From contig NC_043020.1 of the NCBI RefSeq assembly GCF_006345805.1, positions 26,598,001 to 26,662,000 of the forward strand: 64,000 nucleotides of DNA, given 5' to 3'. The stretch comes from Octopus sinensis (taxonomy: Eukaryota). Below, in pieces: positions 24,721 through 37,683 of the stretch. How positions within the stretch are numbered: the stretch's first letter is position 1; each line of letters opens with the position of its first letter. The notes under the pieces are model-generated. The model was not told where the DNA came from and searched no databases. It was given only the letters and a program-made list of their open reading frames with translations. Position numbers and translations under genes: made by a program.

Positions 24721-25617
24721 TCCTACAGTTTATTGTAGGGTCTTGATGACTCCTGAGAGTAGAGCTTTGAAGACTGTGGCCTTTGGGTCTTGGAGACTGT
24801 GGCCTTTTTTTAGCTACTGCTCAAGAACAGGAGTATCACTTGCAGATAAATTTACAGGTCTGTTTGATCAAAGGAACAAGTGCATCTTCTGAAGGTAGGT
24901 AGGCAGGTAGTTGTAATAGGCCTTTTGTTTGTGAGGGGTTTTTCTATTCTATGACTTAGTGACAGGACAAATATTTTTCACTTCTAATAACCCTTTTGAG
25001 GAGTTTTCAAAACTGGAGGAAGGAAAAGGATTAAGAAGTCGCAACTTTATTAAGGCACCCAAGAACAAGATGCTTTTGGAACTTACTTTCTTGTCTGTCA
25101 AACACATTTGACGCTTCCAATGTTTCAATCCAAGTTTTGTCCCCGTTAACAGGGGTGGCCAGATCTACCTCAATGTCATAGCAACTGAGGTAGGCAGGTG
25201 CAGCCCACCCCCAAACTTTGGGCCAGCTGGTGCCCATTCTCCCTTGCTATTATGAGCCTTTTTTGGAGCTGGATTTTCCATGGGGATCATGCCCCTGCTT
25301 ACCCCCAACCTCAGTTTCTAAACTTGAGTGGTCTCAAGACCAAGGCCTATACCACGATTTCTAAGAAATGTGGTGAAAGTTCATAAAATCTTGTTGCATT
25401 CCAATAGCTGTTATTTAGCGTTAAAATTTATGGTATTTGTTGTCAGTGGGGCATTTAACTTAATGGTGGAGTATTCAGCTGATATCTGAGGGGATTTGAC
25501 TCTTGTAGCTACCTGCTGGCAACTTTTTTCATTGTATAAAGGTAAATACCCAATCTTTCTCTGCTGTTTCCACAGCGATACTGCATTCAAAATTTACTTT
25601 CTTTTCTATAAAATACT

Positions 25618-25800
25618 TATTTTTATTTCTTTGCTACCCACTAGGGGCTAAACACAGAGAGTACAAACAAAGACAGACAAATTGATTATGTCGACCCCAG
25701 TGCATAACTGGTACTTATTTAATCGACCCCGAAAAGATGAAAGGCAAAGTCGACCTCGGTGGAACTTGAACTCAGAACGTAGCGGCAGACGAAATGCCGC
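25618..25800 (-). mobile_element. SINE family A
   Basis: Reverse-complement match to the family A body. Confidence 0.85.
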
Positions 25801-26689
25801 TCAACTCCTTGTTGAATGTAAACCATCAAAACATACCTTCCAAGTCCTCTTGTACGGTATTCACCACCATCAGCACATATCTACCAAGTTCCTCCTTTCA
25901 ATCTTAGTTCTTTCCATTGCCTGTCAGTGTTGGATTCTAAATGTACTCCAGCTACCTTAAAAGGGAGGTTTTGACCTCATGGGCTTCGACAAAGCCATGT
26001 ATTTCAACAGAAATATGGAATCAAAAAAGAGTAAAGTGATTTAGATTAAAACCTCCTCTCAGAATTCCATGATAATTTATGTTCCAAATGCAAGTGTAAT
26101 GATAATTACGACAAGGTTATTTTACTAAAATTTTGTCATTATTTTCAAAATTAATTAAAACAAATGCAGTACAGATGCTGTGTATTTCAACAGAAGTGGA
26201 GTCACGAAAAGGTTAAATGTTTTTACTTGTCAGGTCTGCTTAGAGCTATGCTAAACCGACACAACATGGAGCAGTGTATGATACCCCACAGACAAACATT
26301 AGATGACATGATTGCATATATGATAACATGTTTTCAGATTTCATTGATTTTTCCCACAGTTCCAGTATATACCAGTATTTCTTAACAATTTTCATCTCAT
26401 GCCACACTTTGAAGAAATATCTGTCCCATGCCAAGTTTCTTTTTGCTTCGTTAGTTACATATAAAAATTGCTGGGGTCTTTAGGGTGATGATTATCATCA
26501 TTCTGACCCACAACAAAAATCAGAACCTACCAAACGCTGGTTGTGAATTTAACCCAGGCTGCCCTTGATGTAGATCAGTGGTTCTCAACTGGACCCCATA
26601 TGGTTCCTGAGGGTCCGTATAAAATTTTTGGGGGTCCAAACAATAGAAAAGTAAATTGAGGGTTCACAATGGTATTTTAAGGATCATTT

Positions 26690-27060
26690 AGTCTTTTACT
26701 TGTTTTAGTCATTTGACCGCAGCCATGCTGGAGCACTGCCATTAGTCGAACAAATCAACCCCAGGACTTATTCTTTGTAAGCCTAGTACTTGTTCTGAGT
26801 GCCAAGTTCCAGGGACATAAACACACCAACATTGGTTGTTAAGCAATGGTCGAGGGACAAACACAGACACACACAAATATATATATATATAGACACACTT
26901 AGGGCTTTTTCAGTTTCTGTCTGCCAAATCCACTCACAATGCTTTGGTCAGCCCAAGGCTATAGTAGAAGACACTTGCCCAAGGTGCCATGCAGTGGGAT
27001 TGAACCCGGGAACCATGCAGTTCGGAAGGAAGCTTCTTACCACACAGCCACACCTGCACC
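26690..27060 (-). mobile_element. SINE family B nested in the hAT element
   Basis: Reverse-complement match to 40108-40520. Confidence 0.85.
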
Positions 27061-27221
27061 TACAAAACCTTGCTTTCTGTGTATGCATTAGTATGCATTA
27101 CAAAAAACAGATAGGTTTTTTTCCCTAACATTTTACAAAGTTCAACCTACACAGATTAATGTATGAAAAACAAAATAGGAATTTTAAAAGAAGAATTTAT
27201 AAAACCAGTTTTTAAGCATCA

Positions 27222-27375
27222 AATCATCATCATTGTTTAACATCCGCTTTCCATGCTAGCATGGGTTGGACGATTTGACTGAGGACTGGTGAACCAGATG
27301 GTTGCACCAGGCTCTCCATTCTGATCTAGCAGAGTTTCTACAGCTGGATGCTCTTCCTAATGCCAACCCTTCCTA
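27222..27375 (-). mobile_element. SINE family C 3' part nested in the hAT element
   Basis: CATCATCATTGTTTAACATCCGCTTTCCATGCTAGCATGGGTTGGA...CAGCTGGATGCTCTTCCTAA. Confidence 0.85.
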
Positions 27376-27898
27376 ACACCAATATAATGGCTATGGGAAT
27401 CCACCAGAATAGTAACTGAAGGGGTCCCTGAATAAAAAATGGTTGAGAATCCCTGATGTAGATCAACAAAAATGAAACCTATATAATAATGGTAAAATAA
27501 ACCCAGATTATGCTCAAGGAAGGGATTGTACTTGTTGCAAATGAGATCTAAGCTGCCCTCAATCCAGGTTGCTCCCAAGTTATGTGAGTTACAGGCTGCA
27601 AAATTGATCGAGGTTGTTCACAAAATAGGCCAGGTACTGGCTTTCAATTAACCCTACCCACCAAGCAGCTTTCAAAGTATGAATGTGCTGTCTGTAAATG
27701 AAATTTAGGCTACCCTCAAGGTAGATACTGTACTTGATTGGGAATCCAACCCAGGCTGCCCTCAATATGGGGAGCATTCTTCTGTTGGAAATTTCCTTGC
27801 CTGAGGTGAACATTTATAATTGTTTGTTCAAATAGAAATAGCAGCCAAATCTCCTTTCACCTTTACTGTCTCAGAGAAGGACACATTGGCTGTATGCT

Positions 27899-28285
27899 CT
27901 TTACTCTTTTACTTGTTTCAGTCATTTGACTGTGGCTATGCTAGAGCACCATCTTTAGTCGAGCAAATCGACTCCAGGACTTATTCTTTGGAAGCCTAGT
28001 ACTTATTCTATTGGTCCCTTTTGCTGAACCTCTAAGTTACGGGGACGTAAACACACCACCATTGGATGTCAAGCAATGTTATGGGGCCAAACACAGACAC
28101 ACATACATATATAATATATATATATATATATTATATATATACGATGAGCTTCTTCCAGTTTCCGTCTACCAAATCCACTCACAAGGCTTTGGTTGACCTG
28201 AAGCTATAGTAGAAGACACTTGCCCAAGGTGCCATGCATTAAGATTGAACCCGGAACCATGTGGTTCGTAAGCAAGCTACTTACC
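27899..28285 (-). mobile_element. SINE family B, full length
   Basis: Reverse-complement match to 40108-40520. Confidence 0.88.
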
Positions 28286-29059
28286 ACTGAGCCACTCCTG
28301 CACCTATGTGGTTCTGGTTTTCTTGCACATAAGAAAATCAACAGGACAGTCATGGTGGGATTGCCTTTGGTCAGGGCTGACCTACTGCTAAACAGCAACA
28401 GCATCAACAATGTGAAATGAAACCAATGATAAATCCTCTACATGGTTGCTTGACCTGCTTGAAATGGCAGCCAAATGTCCTTCAAATTCCACTACTATTT
28501 TAAAAGCTGATACACTGAGCAATAAACTAGATGAAACTGGGTTGGCACTGGAAAGCCATTACAACAACAGCAACAGCATAAGCAAGAATTGAACTCGGGG
28601 TTTTACTAATTAACATAAAAGCGTTAGTGTCGAAGTGAATTTAGGGGGTGGGTGGCCTCCACCTTTGTGGTACCCTTATACAGCTAGATGAACTGAGCAG
28701 AGTGGGGAGTTATGTATCTCGGAAGCAATCTTTGTGCTGTTGGCTGGATTTGAACTCCTGACATCCGAGGTCATTGTCCACTACATCATGGTCTTGTGTA
28801 CGTCATTGTTCTGTGACCCCATTGTTTCAGCCAGCAGGCCGATGTGTATGTGTCTGTATATATGTGTGTGTTGATGCATGTGTGTTTTACACATATTAAC
28901 ATATGTATATATACATAGATATAAGCACATGTATATATGTGTACACATACATAGCTATGTGATATATATGTACATATGCATATATATATGTGTGTGTGCA
29001 CATGTGTGTATAATGCAGGATTATATACTAAAAAGTCAGCATAAATAGCACAAATCTTT

Positions 29060-29122
29060 CAGTATATGTGTGTGTGTGTATATATATATATATAATATAT
29101 ATATATATATATACACATGCAA

Positions 29123-29156
<34 letters not shown>

Positions 29157-29160
29157 GCAA

Positions 29161-29201
<41 letters not shown>

Positions 29202-29239
29202 AAATATATGTGTATATATATATATATATACACATGCAA

Positions 29240-29305
<66 letters not shown>

Positions 29306-29368
29306 TCACACACAAAAATGTACATACTTATATGCGCATCTAGATACATATATACCATATATATGTAT

Positions 29369-29411
<43 letters not shown>

Positions 29412-29578
29412 TATGTATTATGTGTGTATATATATATATGTGTGTGTATATATATATATGTGTGTATATATATTATATGTGTGTATATATATATATATAT
29501 ATGTGTATATATATATATATATATGTGTATTATAATATATATGTTGTGTGTGTGTGTATATATATGTATATATATATG

Positions 29579-29609
<31 letters not shown>

Positions 29610-29660
29610 GTGTGTGTATATATATTTATATGTATTATATATATATATAAATACATATCC

Positions 29661-29695
<35 letters not shown>

Positions 29696-29721
29696 TACAC
29701 AACACACATATATATATATAC

Positions 29722-29780
<59 letters not shown>
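29060..29780. repeat. ~0.7-kb (TA)n-rich tract with recurring CACATGCAAAT motifs
   Basis: Direct reading; source of the YI-repeat ORFs up to 340 aa. Confidence 0.95.
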
Positions 29781-29784
<4 letters not shown>

Positions 29785-31116
29785 CTATATTACTAATTAA
29801 CACACACACACAAACACACGATACACAACGTGTGTGTGTGTGTGTGTGTGTGTACCTAACCGTGTCTGTGTGTCGTTTGTTGTCGGTGTGTGTTTCCAGT
29901 TCGATCTTTTGTATCGGCATCACAAGCGTTCGTTCATCTCAGTCTTTCATCCTGCTCTCTAAACCATTCCATTCCTTCGTTCCATTTTATTATGACTCCG
30001 AGATCTCACATGAATCACAAGGTTTGTCAACCCCCACATATACACATATATATATACATACATATATATATACATATATGTGTATATTTTGATCTATATT
30101 TTTGTCTTCTGTGTTTAAAGTGTAAGGTTTTAATATGTCTAAAAAAATTCCAACTGTAATTTCTCTGTCGTTTAAAGAACACCTTCCTCGTTGTTGTTCT
30201 ACATTACCATTTTAGCACGGTGCTACTATAGAATATATATGTTTGGTGGTAAGAGAGGGAGTGAGATTGAGAGATAGTGGATGATGTTATTATATTCCAA
30301 AGTTTTGGAGAGATTTTTCCAGTAGCCCACTTGTTCTTCATCTTTTCATCTTCCTCTACCATCTCTCTCGCTTCGGCAGCCACCATCTTGAGAATGGTGC
30401 AGAGAGAGACGAGATTAGTGACAACAAAGCAGCAAACCCATACTATATATACATATATATATCATGGTATAAATGTATATACATATGTGTGTATGTATAT
30501 ATATGTGTGTGTATGTATAGTATCTTTTATAATTGTGTGTGGTGTTTTTCGAGTCAGATATTCTATTGAGTATGTGGTGTGAATATATAGTTACATGCTC
30601 TGTGTGTGTGTGTATTTGATGTGTATATATGATATTCATACGTATATATAGGATGTGTGTGTGGTTTTTATAGATATATTGTTGTACTACTTACGTTCAT
30701 ATCTACATGTATATACACATGTAGAGTGATATACATGTGTGTGTATATTTGTATATTTAATACTGATACTATATCAAGTCTTTTGTGTTATATACATATG
30801 CTTACACACATACACACACACCAACATGCATGTGATATATATATATATATATATGTGTATGTGTGTGTGTCATGCTAGCATGGAAAGCGGACGTTAAACG
30901 ATGATGATGATGATGATGATGATGATATATATATATATTTATATACATACATACATAGAAACATAGATATGAATGTATATAGAAAGGATTAGATTATTAA
31001 TATCTACAATAATTATTTTGATATGAAGACATGTAAATCACGTTCTCTTTATATGTATACACACCACATATATATATTATATATGTATATCTATGCGTGT
31101 GTGTGTTACAAAGCAT

Positions 31117-31149
<33 letters not shown>

Positions 31150-31150
31150 C

Positions 31151-31200
<50 letters not shown>

Positions 31201-32580
31201 ATATTATAACTATTTACTAATTACACACACACACACACAACACACATACACACACGTGTGTGTGTGTGTGTGTGTGTGTGTACCTAACCGTGTCTGTGTG
31301 TCGTTTGTTGTCGGTGTGTGTTTCCAGTTCGATCTTTTGTATCGGCATCACAAGCGTTCGTTCATCTCAGTCTTTCATCCTGCTCTCTAAACCATTCCAT
31401 TCCTTCGTTCCATTTTATTATGACTCCGAGATCTCACATGAATCACAAGGTTTGTCACCCCCACATATACACATATATATATACATACATATATATATAC
31501 ATATATATGTGTATATTTTGATCTATATTTTTGTCTTCTGTGTTTAAAGTGTAAGGTTTTAATATGTCTAAAAAAATTCCAACTGTAATTTCTCTGTCGT
31601 TTAAAGAACACCTTCCTCGTTGTTCTACATTACCATTTTAGCACGGTGCTACTATAGAATATATATGTTTGGTGGTAAGAGAGGGAGTGAGATTGAGAGA
31701 TAGTGGATGATGTTATTATATTCCAAAGTCTTTGGAGAGATTTTTCCAGTAGCCCACTTGTTCTTCATCTTTTCATCTTCCTCTACCATCTCTCTCGGCT
31801 TCGGCAGCCACCATCTTGAGAATGGTGCAGAGAGAGACGAGATTAGTGACAACAAAGCAGCAAACCCATACTATATATATACATATATATATACATGTGT
31901 ATAAATGTATATACATATGTGTGTATGTATATATATGTGTGTGTATGTATATGTATCTTTATAATTGTGTGTGGTGTTTTTCGAGTCAGATATTCTATTG
32001 AGTATGTGGTGTGAATATATAGTTACATGCTCTGTGTGTGTGTGTATTTGATGTGTATATATGATATTCATACGTATATATAGGATGTGTGTGTGTGTTT
32101 TTATAGATATATTGTTGTACTACTTACGTTCATATCTACATGTATATACACATGTATATTGTATATACATGTGTGTGTATATTTGTATATTTAATACTGA
32201 TAATATATCAAGTCTTTTGTGTTATATACATATGCTTACACACATACACACACACCAACATGCATGTGATATATATATATATATATATGTGTATGTGTGT
32301 GTGTCATGCTAGCATGGAAAGCGGACGTTAAACGATGATGATGATGATGATGATGATGATATATATATATATTTATATACATACATACATAGAAACATAG
32401 ATATGAATGTATATAGAAAGGATTAGATTATTAATATCTACAATAATTATTTTGATATGAAGACATGTAAATCACGTTCTCTTTATATGTATACACACAC
32501 ACATATATATATGTATATATATGTATATCTATGCGTGTGTGTGTTACAAAGACATACACACACACACACACACATATATA
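29781..32580. repeat. Tandem duplication of a ~1.43-kb segment (29781-31205 and 31206-~32580)
   Basis: Anchors TACCTAACCG at 29853/31281 and GAAGACATGTAAATCACG at 31025/32459; near-identical apart from small indels. Confidence 0.95.
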
Positions 32581-33399
32581 TTTATATCTTTCATCCATAC
32601 CCCGCTTCTTTCTCTCATCAATCCTGTGACGTTTCCATTTTGGAGATAAACCCATCCCTATAAAACTCAGTATATATGTGTGTATATATACATATAATAT
32701 ATATATATATAATACACACACACAATATATATATATTATATATATATATAATATATATATATATATATAATATATATATATGCTCATACACACATATTTT
32801 TCCATACTGTGAGATAGAGAAGGATATGAGAGGAATTATATCACTCTCGCTTCTAAAACCATTATTCTCAAGTTATTCTCGTCGCAGTTTGGTTCCATAA
32901 TGGCCTGCTCCATCAATGAGAGGAACCAGTCTTTAAGAACAAAGAACAAACTAGAATCTCTTATGAATCTGCGTGTCTGCGAGTGCCTCTGTATCTCTGT
33001 ATCTGCATCTGCGAGTATATATATATATGTGTGTGTGTGTGTATCCGACTGCGATTTTCAAAAACGTAGATTTCAGCTACATTGCGCCGTTCCTTGTTTC
33101 ACGACCATTATTCAAATTTCTTGATAAATACATAACTACCTCTACCCGTTCCTCTTATCATTATTCCCACTTTGCTACTATCACTGCTACTTCTACTTCG
33201 CTTGTTACTACTACTACTACTATTACAATTGCTATTACTACTGCTGCTACTACTACCGCTATCAACTCTTTACCATTTTTCAAATTCCTTTTCCATTGAA
33301 CATTTTTCCTTTTTGATCTATCAGTCCCTGTTTCTCCGTCTGCCCATGTATTTGTCTGTCTGTCTTTGCATATGTATGTGTGTACATCTGTGTGTATGT

Positions 33400-33408
33400 A
33401 TGTATGTG

Positions 33409-33440
<32 letters not shown>

Positions 33441-33715
33441 TACATATGACCATCTATCTATTTATCTATCTATCTATCTATCTATCTCTATTTATGTATA
33501 GATCAGCCTGTTTCTCCCCTCCTCTCTTTCTCTGTCTATCTATCTATCTATCTATATATCAGCCCGTTTCTCTCTCCCCTCTCTCTCTGTCTATCTATCT
33601 ATCTGTCTATTTCTCTATCTACCTATCTCTTTCCTTCACTATTCTGGTATTTGTCAATCTCTTCCTCTGTCTCACTCTGTCTAGTATCTTCTATCAGGCA
33701 TGCTTTCACACACAG

Positions 33716-33770
<55 letters not shown>

Positions 33771-33990
33771 ATCTCTTATGATAAAAGTCTCTCTATAAAT
33801 ATATATATATATAAATACACACACATATATATGTGTGTGTGTGTGTCTAGCAGTCTCTTTATCTACATATTTATCCCTGTATCTGTCTGTCAATCAATCT
33901 ATCTGTCTATCTCTTCCTCACTTTTCTATCTTATCTCACACATGCACACACACTATGTATATATATGCCTGTCTCTTTACATATTTACCC

Positions 33991-34033
<43 letters not shown>

Positions 34034-34043
34034 ATCCATCCAT

Positions 34044-34090
<47 letters not shown>

Positions 34091-34647
34091 CTACCTACCT
34101 ACCTACCTACCTACCTATCTATGTATTTGTATCTATCTATCTATCCATTCATCCATGGTTGTGTATCTCTCTCTCTCTCCTTTCTCTGTCTGCTAATCTA
34201 TGTCTTCTCTCTCTCTCTTCCTCTCTCTCTCTATCTCTCTCTCTGTCTTTTCGGCTATTCCTCCATCAATCCATCTGCTCGTCTCTCTCTCTCTCTCTCT
34301 CTCTCTGCATTGTCTTCCTTTGCCTTGTTCCCCTTCCAGACACTTCACAATCCTTTCTGCTCAGTCATCTGTCTGCGCCTCCCCCCCACTGCCCTCCAAC
34401 CACTTCTAACCATATTCCATCAATACCAGAGAGAGAGAGAGAAAGAGAGGACAGACAGACAGACAAACAAGCTTTAACACTCATCACAACAATTGAGTGA
34501 ATGACAACCTGCTTACCCAATCATTTAATTGTTTATAAGCAGTTAATATTTCACAATAAGCCTAGCTACATGGTTCTGTTTTTGTTTTTATTATAATGGA
34601 ATCTCCCTGTTATCTATCTCTATCTATCTGTCTGTCTATCTATCTAC

Positions 34648-34688
<41 letters not shown>

Positions 34689-34757
34689 AATCTGCCTATC
34701 TATCTAGCTATCTTTCTGTTTATTTATTATCTATCTACCTACCTGTCTGTCAGTCTC

Positions 34758-34812
<55 letters not shown>

Positions 34813-34925
34813 CTCTATCTATCTATCAATTGATCTATGATCTACCTATCTATCTGTTGGCTACTCTATCTACCTATCTATCGTACCTATCTATCTATCT
34901 ATATCTATCTATATCTATCTATCAT

Positions 34926-34959
<34 letters not shown>

Positions 34960-35061
34960 GCATCTATCTATCTATCTATCAATCTGCCTATCTATCTAGC
35001 TATCTTTCTGTTTATTTATTATCTATCTACCTACCTGTCTGTCAGTCTCTTCTGTCTGTCG

Positions 35062-35099
<38 letters not shown>

Positions 35100-35230
35100 C
35101 TATATATCTATCTATTCTATCTATTCTATCTATCTATCTATCTATCTATCTAATCTATCTATCTATCTATCGTCTCTATCTATCTATCTATCTATCTTTC
35201 TGTCTTATTTATTGTCTATCCATCCATCCA
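33400..35230. repeat. Compound (CTAT)n/(CT)n/(CTGT)n tract with a ~292-bp internal duplication
   Basis: AATCTGCCTATCTATCTAGCTATCTTTCTGTTTATTTATT at 34689 and 34981. Confidence 0.9.
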
Positions 35231-35244
35231 TCCATCTGTCTATT

Positions 35245-35370
35245 ATATCAACCCAGAAAGGATGAAAGGCAAAGTTGACCTCATTGGAATTTGAACTCAG
35301 AACTTGAAGACAAATAGAATGTGGCTAAGCATTTTGTCTGACATGCTACTGATTCTGCCAGCTCACCACT
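35245..35370 (-). mobile_element. SINE family A 5' part, abutting the LINE tail
   Basis: AACCCAGAAAGGATGAAAGGCAAAGTTGACC...TTCTGCCAGCTCACCAC. Confidence 0.8.
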
Positions 35371-35371
35371 T

Positions 35372-37250
35372 TAATAATAATCATATCAGTGAGTGGGGCC
35401 AGTGCACATTGATGCCGTCAAGAGGTAGGCCCCGAAATGGTGTGCATTCTCTCCTGATGACCCCATACACTTGCTGGCTTCCGGTATGCGAAGTTCTCGA
35501 CTGGTAGCACTTGCATGTACAAGTTGTTTGCAAGACACTTAAATCTTTTATTTGCCACAGGGGTATCAAATGAGAGGGACATTACAGGAACAATTTACAA
35601 TTTGTGGGGTGTGGGGTACATAAAAGATGGGGGAGGAAAGGGAAAGGAAGGTGAAAATAGATAAAAGCATACAAAATATGTGAACACATGTATGATGCAA
35701 TACTCCTGATACAGGGGAATCTCCAACTGGGGGTAACCTGGTTGCACAATAGAACTAGGATCACCCTGACCACCAAAAGCATGACTCCTCACCCAACTGT
35801 TGATCTCCAATCTACAGGTGCTTGCTTAGAGTAGGCCCATTCAATCTAACCATTCTTGCTGCCATAACCCACCTTGTTTCAAATTTACTGGGAGGTAGCA
35901 CTTCCTTCTCCATCATCGCTTTCCTTTTGAAATACAACTTGAAAATTTGCTGAGAGCTTCACCGAGAATGAAGATGTCTTTCCTTGATCCTTTGAGCTTC
36001 GTTCACCCAAACAACGTTGTTCACCATAGCCACTAGACAGAAGAGCATCGCCTGCCCTGCCTTGTTAAAGGTGGGTAGTGGAGCGACCCTCATAATTGAT
36101 TCAGCTGATAGCCATATTCGACTGACATAACTCCACAAGTCAGCAATGCTCAGACACTGTGTTTATGAAGTACAAATTCATGGCTGTGTATGCATCTTGG
36201 GCAGTCCTGCTCGGTAGCATTGTCAGGTCAGGTCAGGGATATCTGGAAGCTATCCACCATAGCACTGGACCCAAATGTCCTTCAGAACAACATTAGTACA
36301 TCCTCATCACCACCTAGATTTTTCCCAGAAGGACTGGACTGAAACAAAGGTAGCATGGTCAGGTCAGGGGTTTCTGGGAGCTATCCATCATAGTACTGGA
36401 CCCAAATGTCCTTCAGAAGAATGGTAGTTCATCGTCATCGACACCTAGCTTTTCCCTGTATAATGGTCACTATAATGGTCAGAGAGTTATTAACTGAAGC
36501 AATGTAGGCATTCACCACCTCTGCTTGGCCCTTCAGGGATAGTCTTCTCCCAGTCTAATTTTGAGTGAGGTTGGTTACCCTACTTACAACCATGTCCCAG
36601 TTCCTGTTTACTTGGGGTTCCAGACTTAACCAGACCCCAAGCAATTTAACTCGTCTGTCTGTCCAGTGACCTCATATACTTTACAATGGTGTAGACTTGA
36701 TGATTTGTCTGTCATCACTTTGTATTTCTTGGCAATGGAATCGACTGCCTGAAATTTGGTGGAGTCTGACACCACTACAGTGATGACATCTGCATAAACC
36801 AACACCATTCTCCACAGTTCATAGTTCAAGAGGAATGCCCCTTTAAAAGTACCAGCACTTGCAGTGATGGCTCCGGTACCAGTCCATATAGAAAAAATGA
36901 GGGAGGACACCTCTGACAGATCAAACGTGTGATACGAAACAATTCCATGAGGTGGTCATTTAGTTTGGCCACTGAACAAATACCAATGTTCACTGCTGTG
37001 ATCCAGCCACTGAAAATGGGTCTGAAACCATTTGATTTTGGGACTACCACCAAATAGTGATAGCTGACCCTATTGTAAATTTTTCACCTGATCCAGATTA
37101 ATTAGGGCCCCACAAACACCAGATTTCTTACTTTCTCCTTCTATGAGGTCTCATCATATAAAGTGGACTTTTCCAGGGCTGGATGCTGTTTCTGTGGCTA
37201 ACCCTCTCTTGTTTCTAAGCAATGTAAAACTGTCCCCTTGGTCAGATGTG
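35372..37250 (-). mobile_element. Tx1-like (L1 clade) non-LTR retrotransposon, 5'-truncated ORF2 pseudogene
   Basis: Minus strand reads GALINLDQVKIYNRVSYHYL..FSGWITAV..ITRLICQRCPPSFFLYGLVPEP (RT motifs GALISLDQEKAFDRV and RGVRQGCPLSPLLY), then LVYADVITVVVSD (YADD), and a QCLSIADLWSYV C-terminal region; many stops and frameshifts. Confidence 0.88.
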
Positions 37251-37452
37251 TTTTTACAGAAAATTGGAAAGGAATGACATTTGCTCATCTGATGGTGGCA
37301 CTTGTTCACAACTTCCACACCATGTCAAGATGCACCCCATGCACTCTCAAACACATACACACACACACACACTCCCATGAACTCTCAAATGCACACACAC
37401 ACAGCAAATAAAGAAAACCAGCAAAAGTCTCTGGACTTACCCTCTTCATATT

Positions 37453-37683
37453 TATTTCTTTATTGCCCACAGGGGGCTAAACACAGAGGGGACAAACAAG
37501 GACAGACAAAGGGCTTAAGTCGGTTACATCGACTCCAGTGCGTAACTGGTACTTAATTTATCAACCCCGAAAGGATGAAAGGCAAAGTCGACCTCGGCAG
37601 AATTTGAACTCAGAATGTAACGGCAGCCGAAATACCGCTAAGCATTTCGCCTGGCGTGCTAACGCTTCTGCCAGCTCGCCGCC
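37453..37683 (-). mobile_element. SINE family A, full length with TSD
   Basis: CCTCTTCATATT at 37441-37452 and 37683-37694. Confidence 0.92.

Larger units (their letters stand above)
26576..27455. mobile_element. Non-autonomous hAT element with 8-bp TSD, carrying nested SINEs
   Basis: Left TIR CAGTGGTTCTCAAC, right TIR (revcomp) CAGGGATTCTCAAC, 12/14 identical; TSD ATGTAGAT at 26568-26575 and 27456-27463. Confidence 0.88.

Noticed and set aside
29028-30092. Long ORFs up to 340 aa (YI/CV/HT repeats), and similar ORFs across the window
   Set aside because: They are read-throughs of (TA)n, (TG)n and (CA)n microsatellites, which lack stops in some frames; there is no protein-like complexity.
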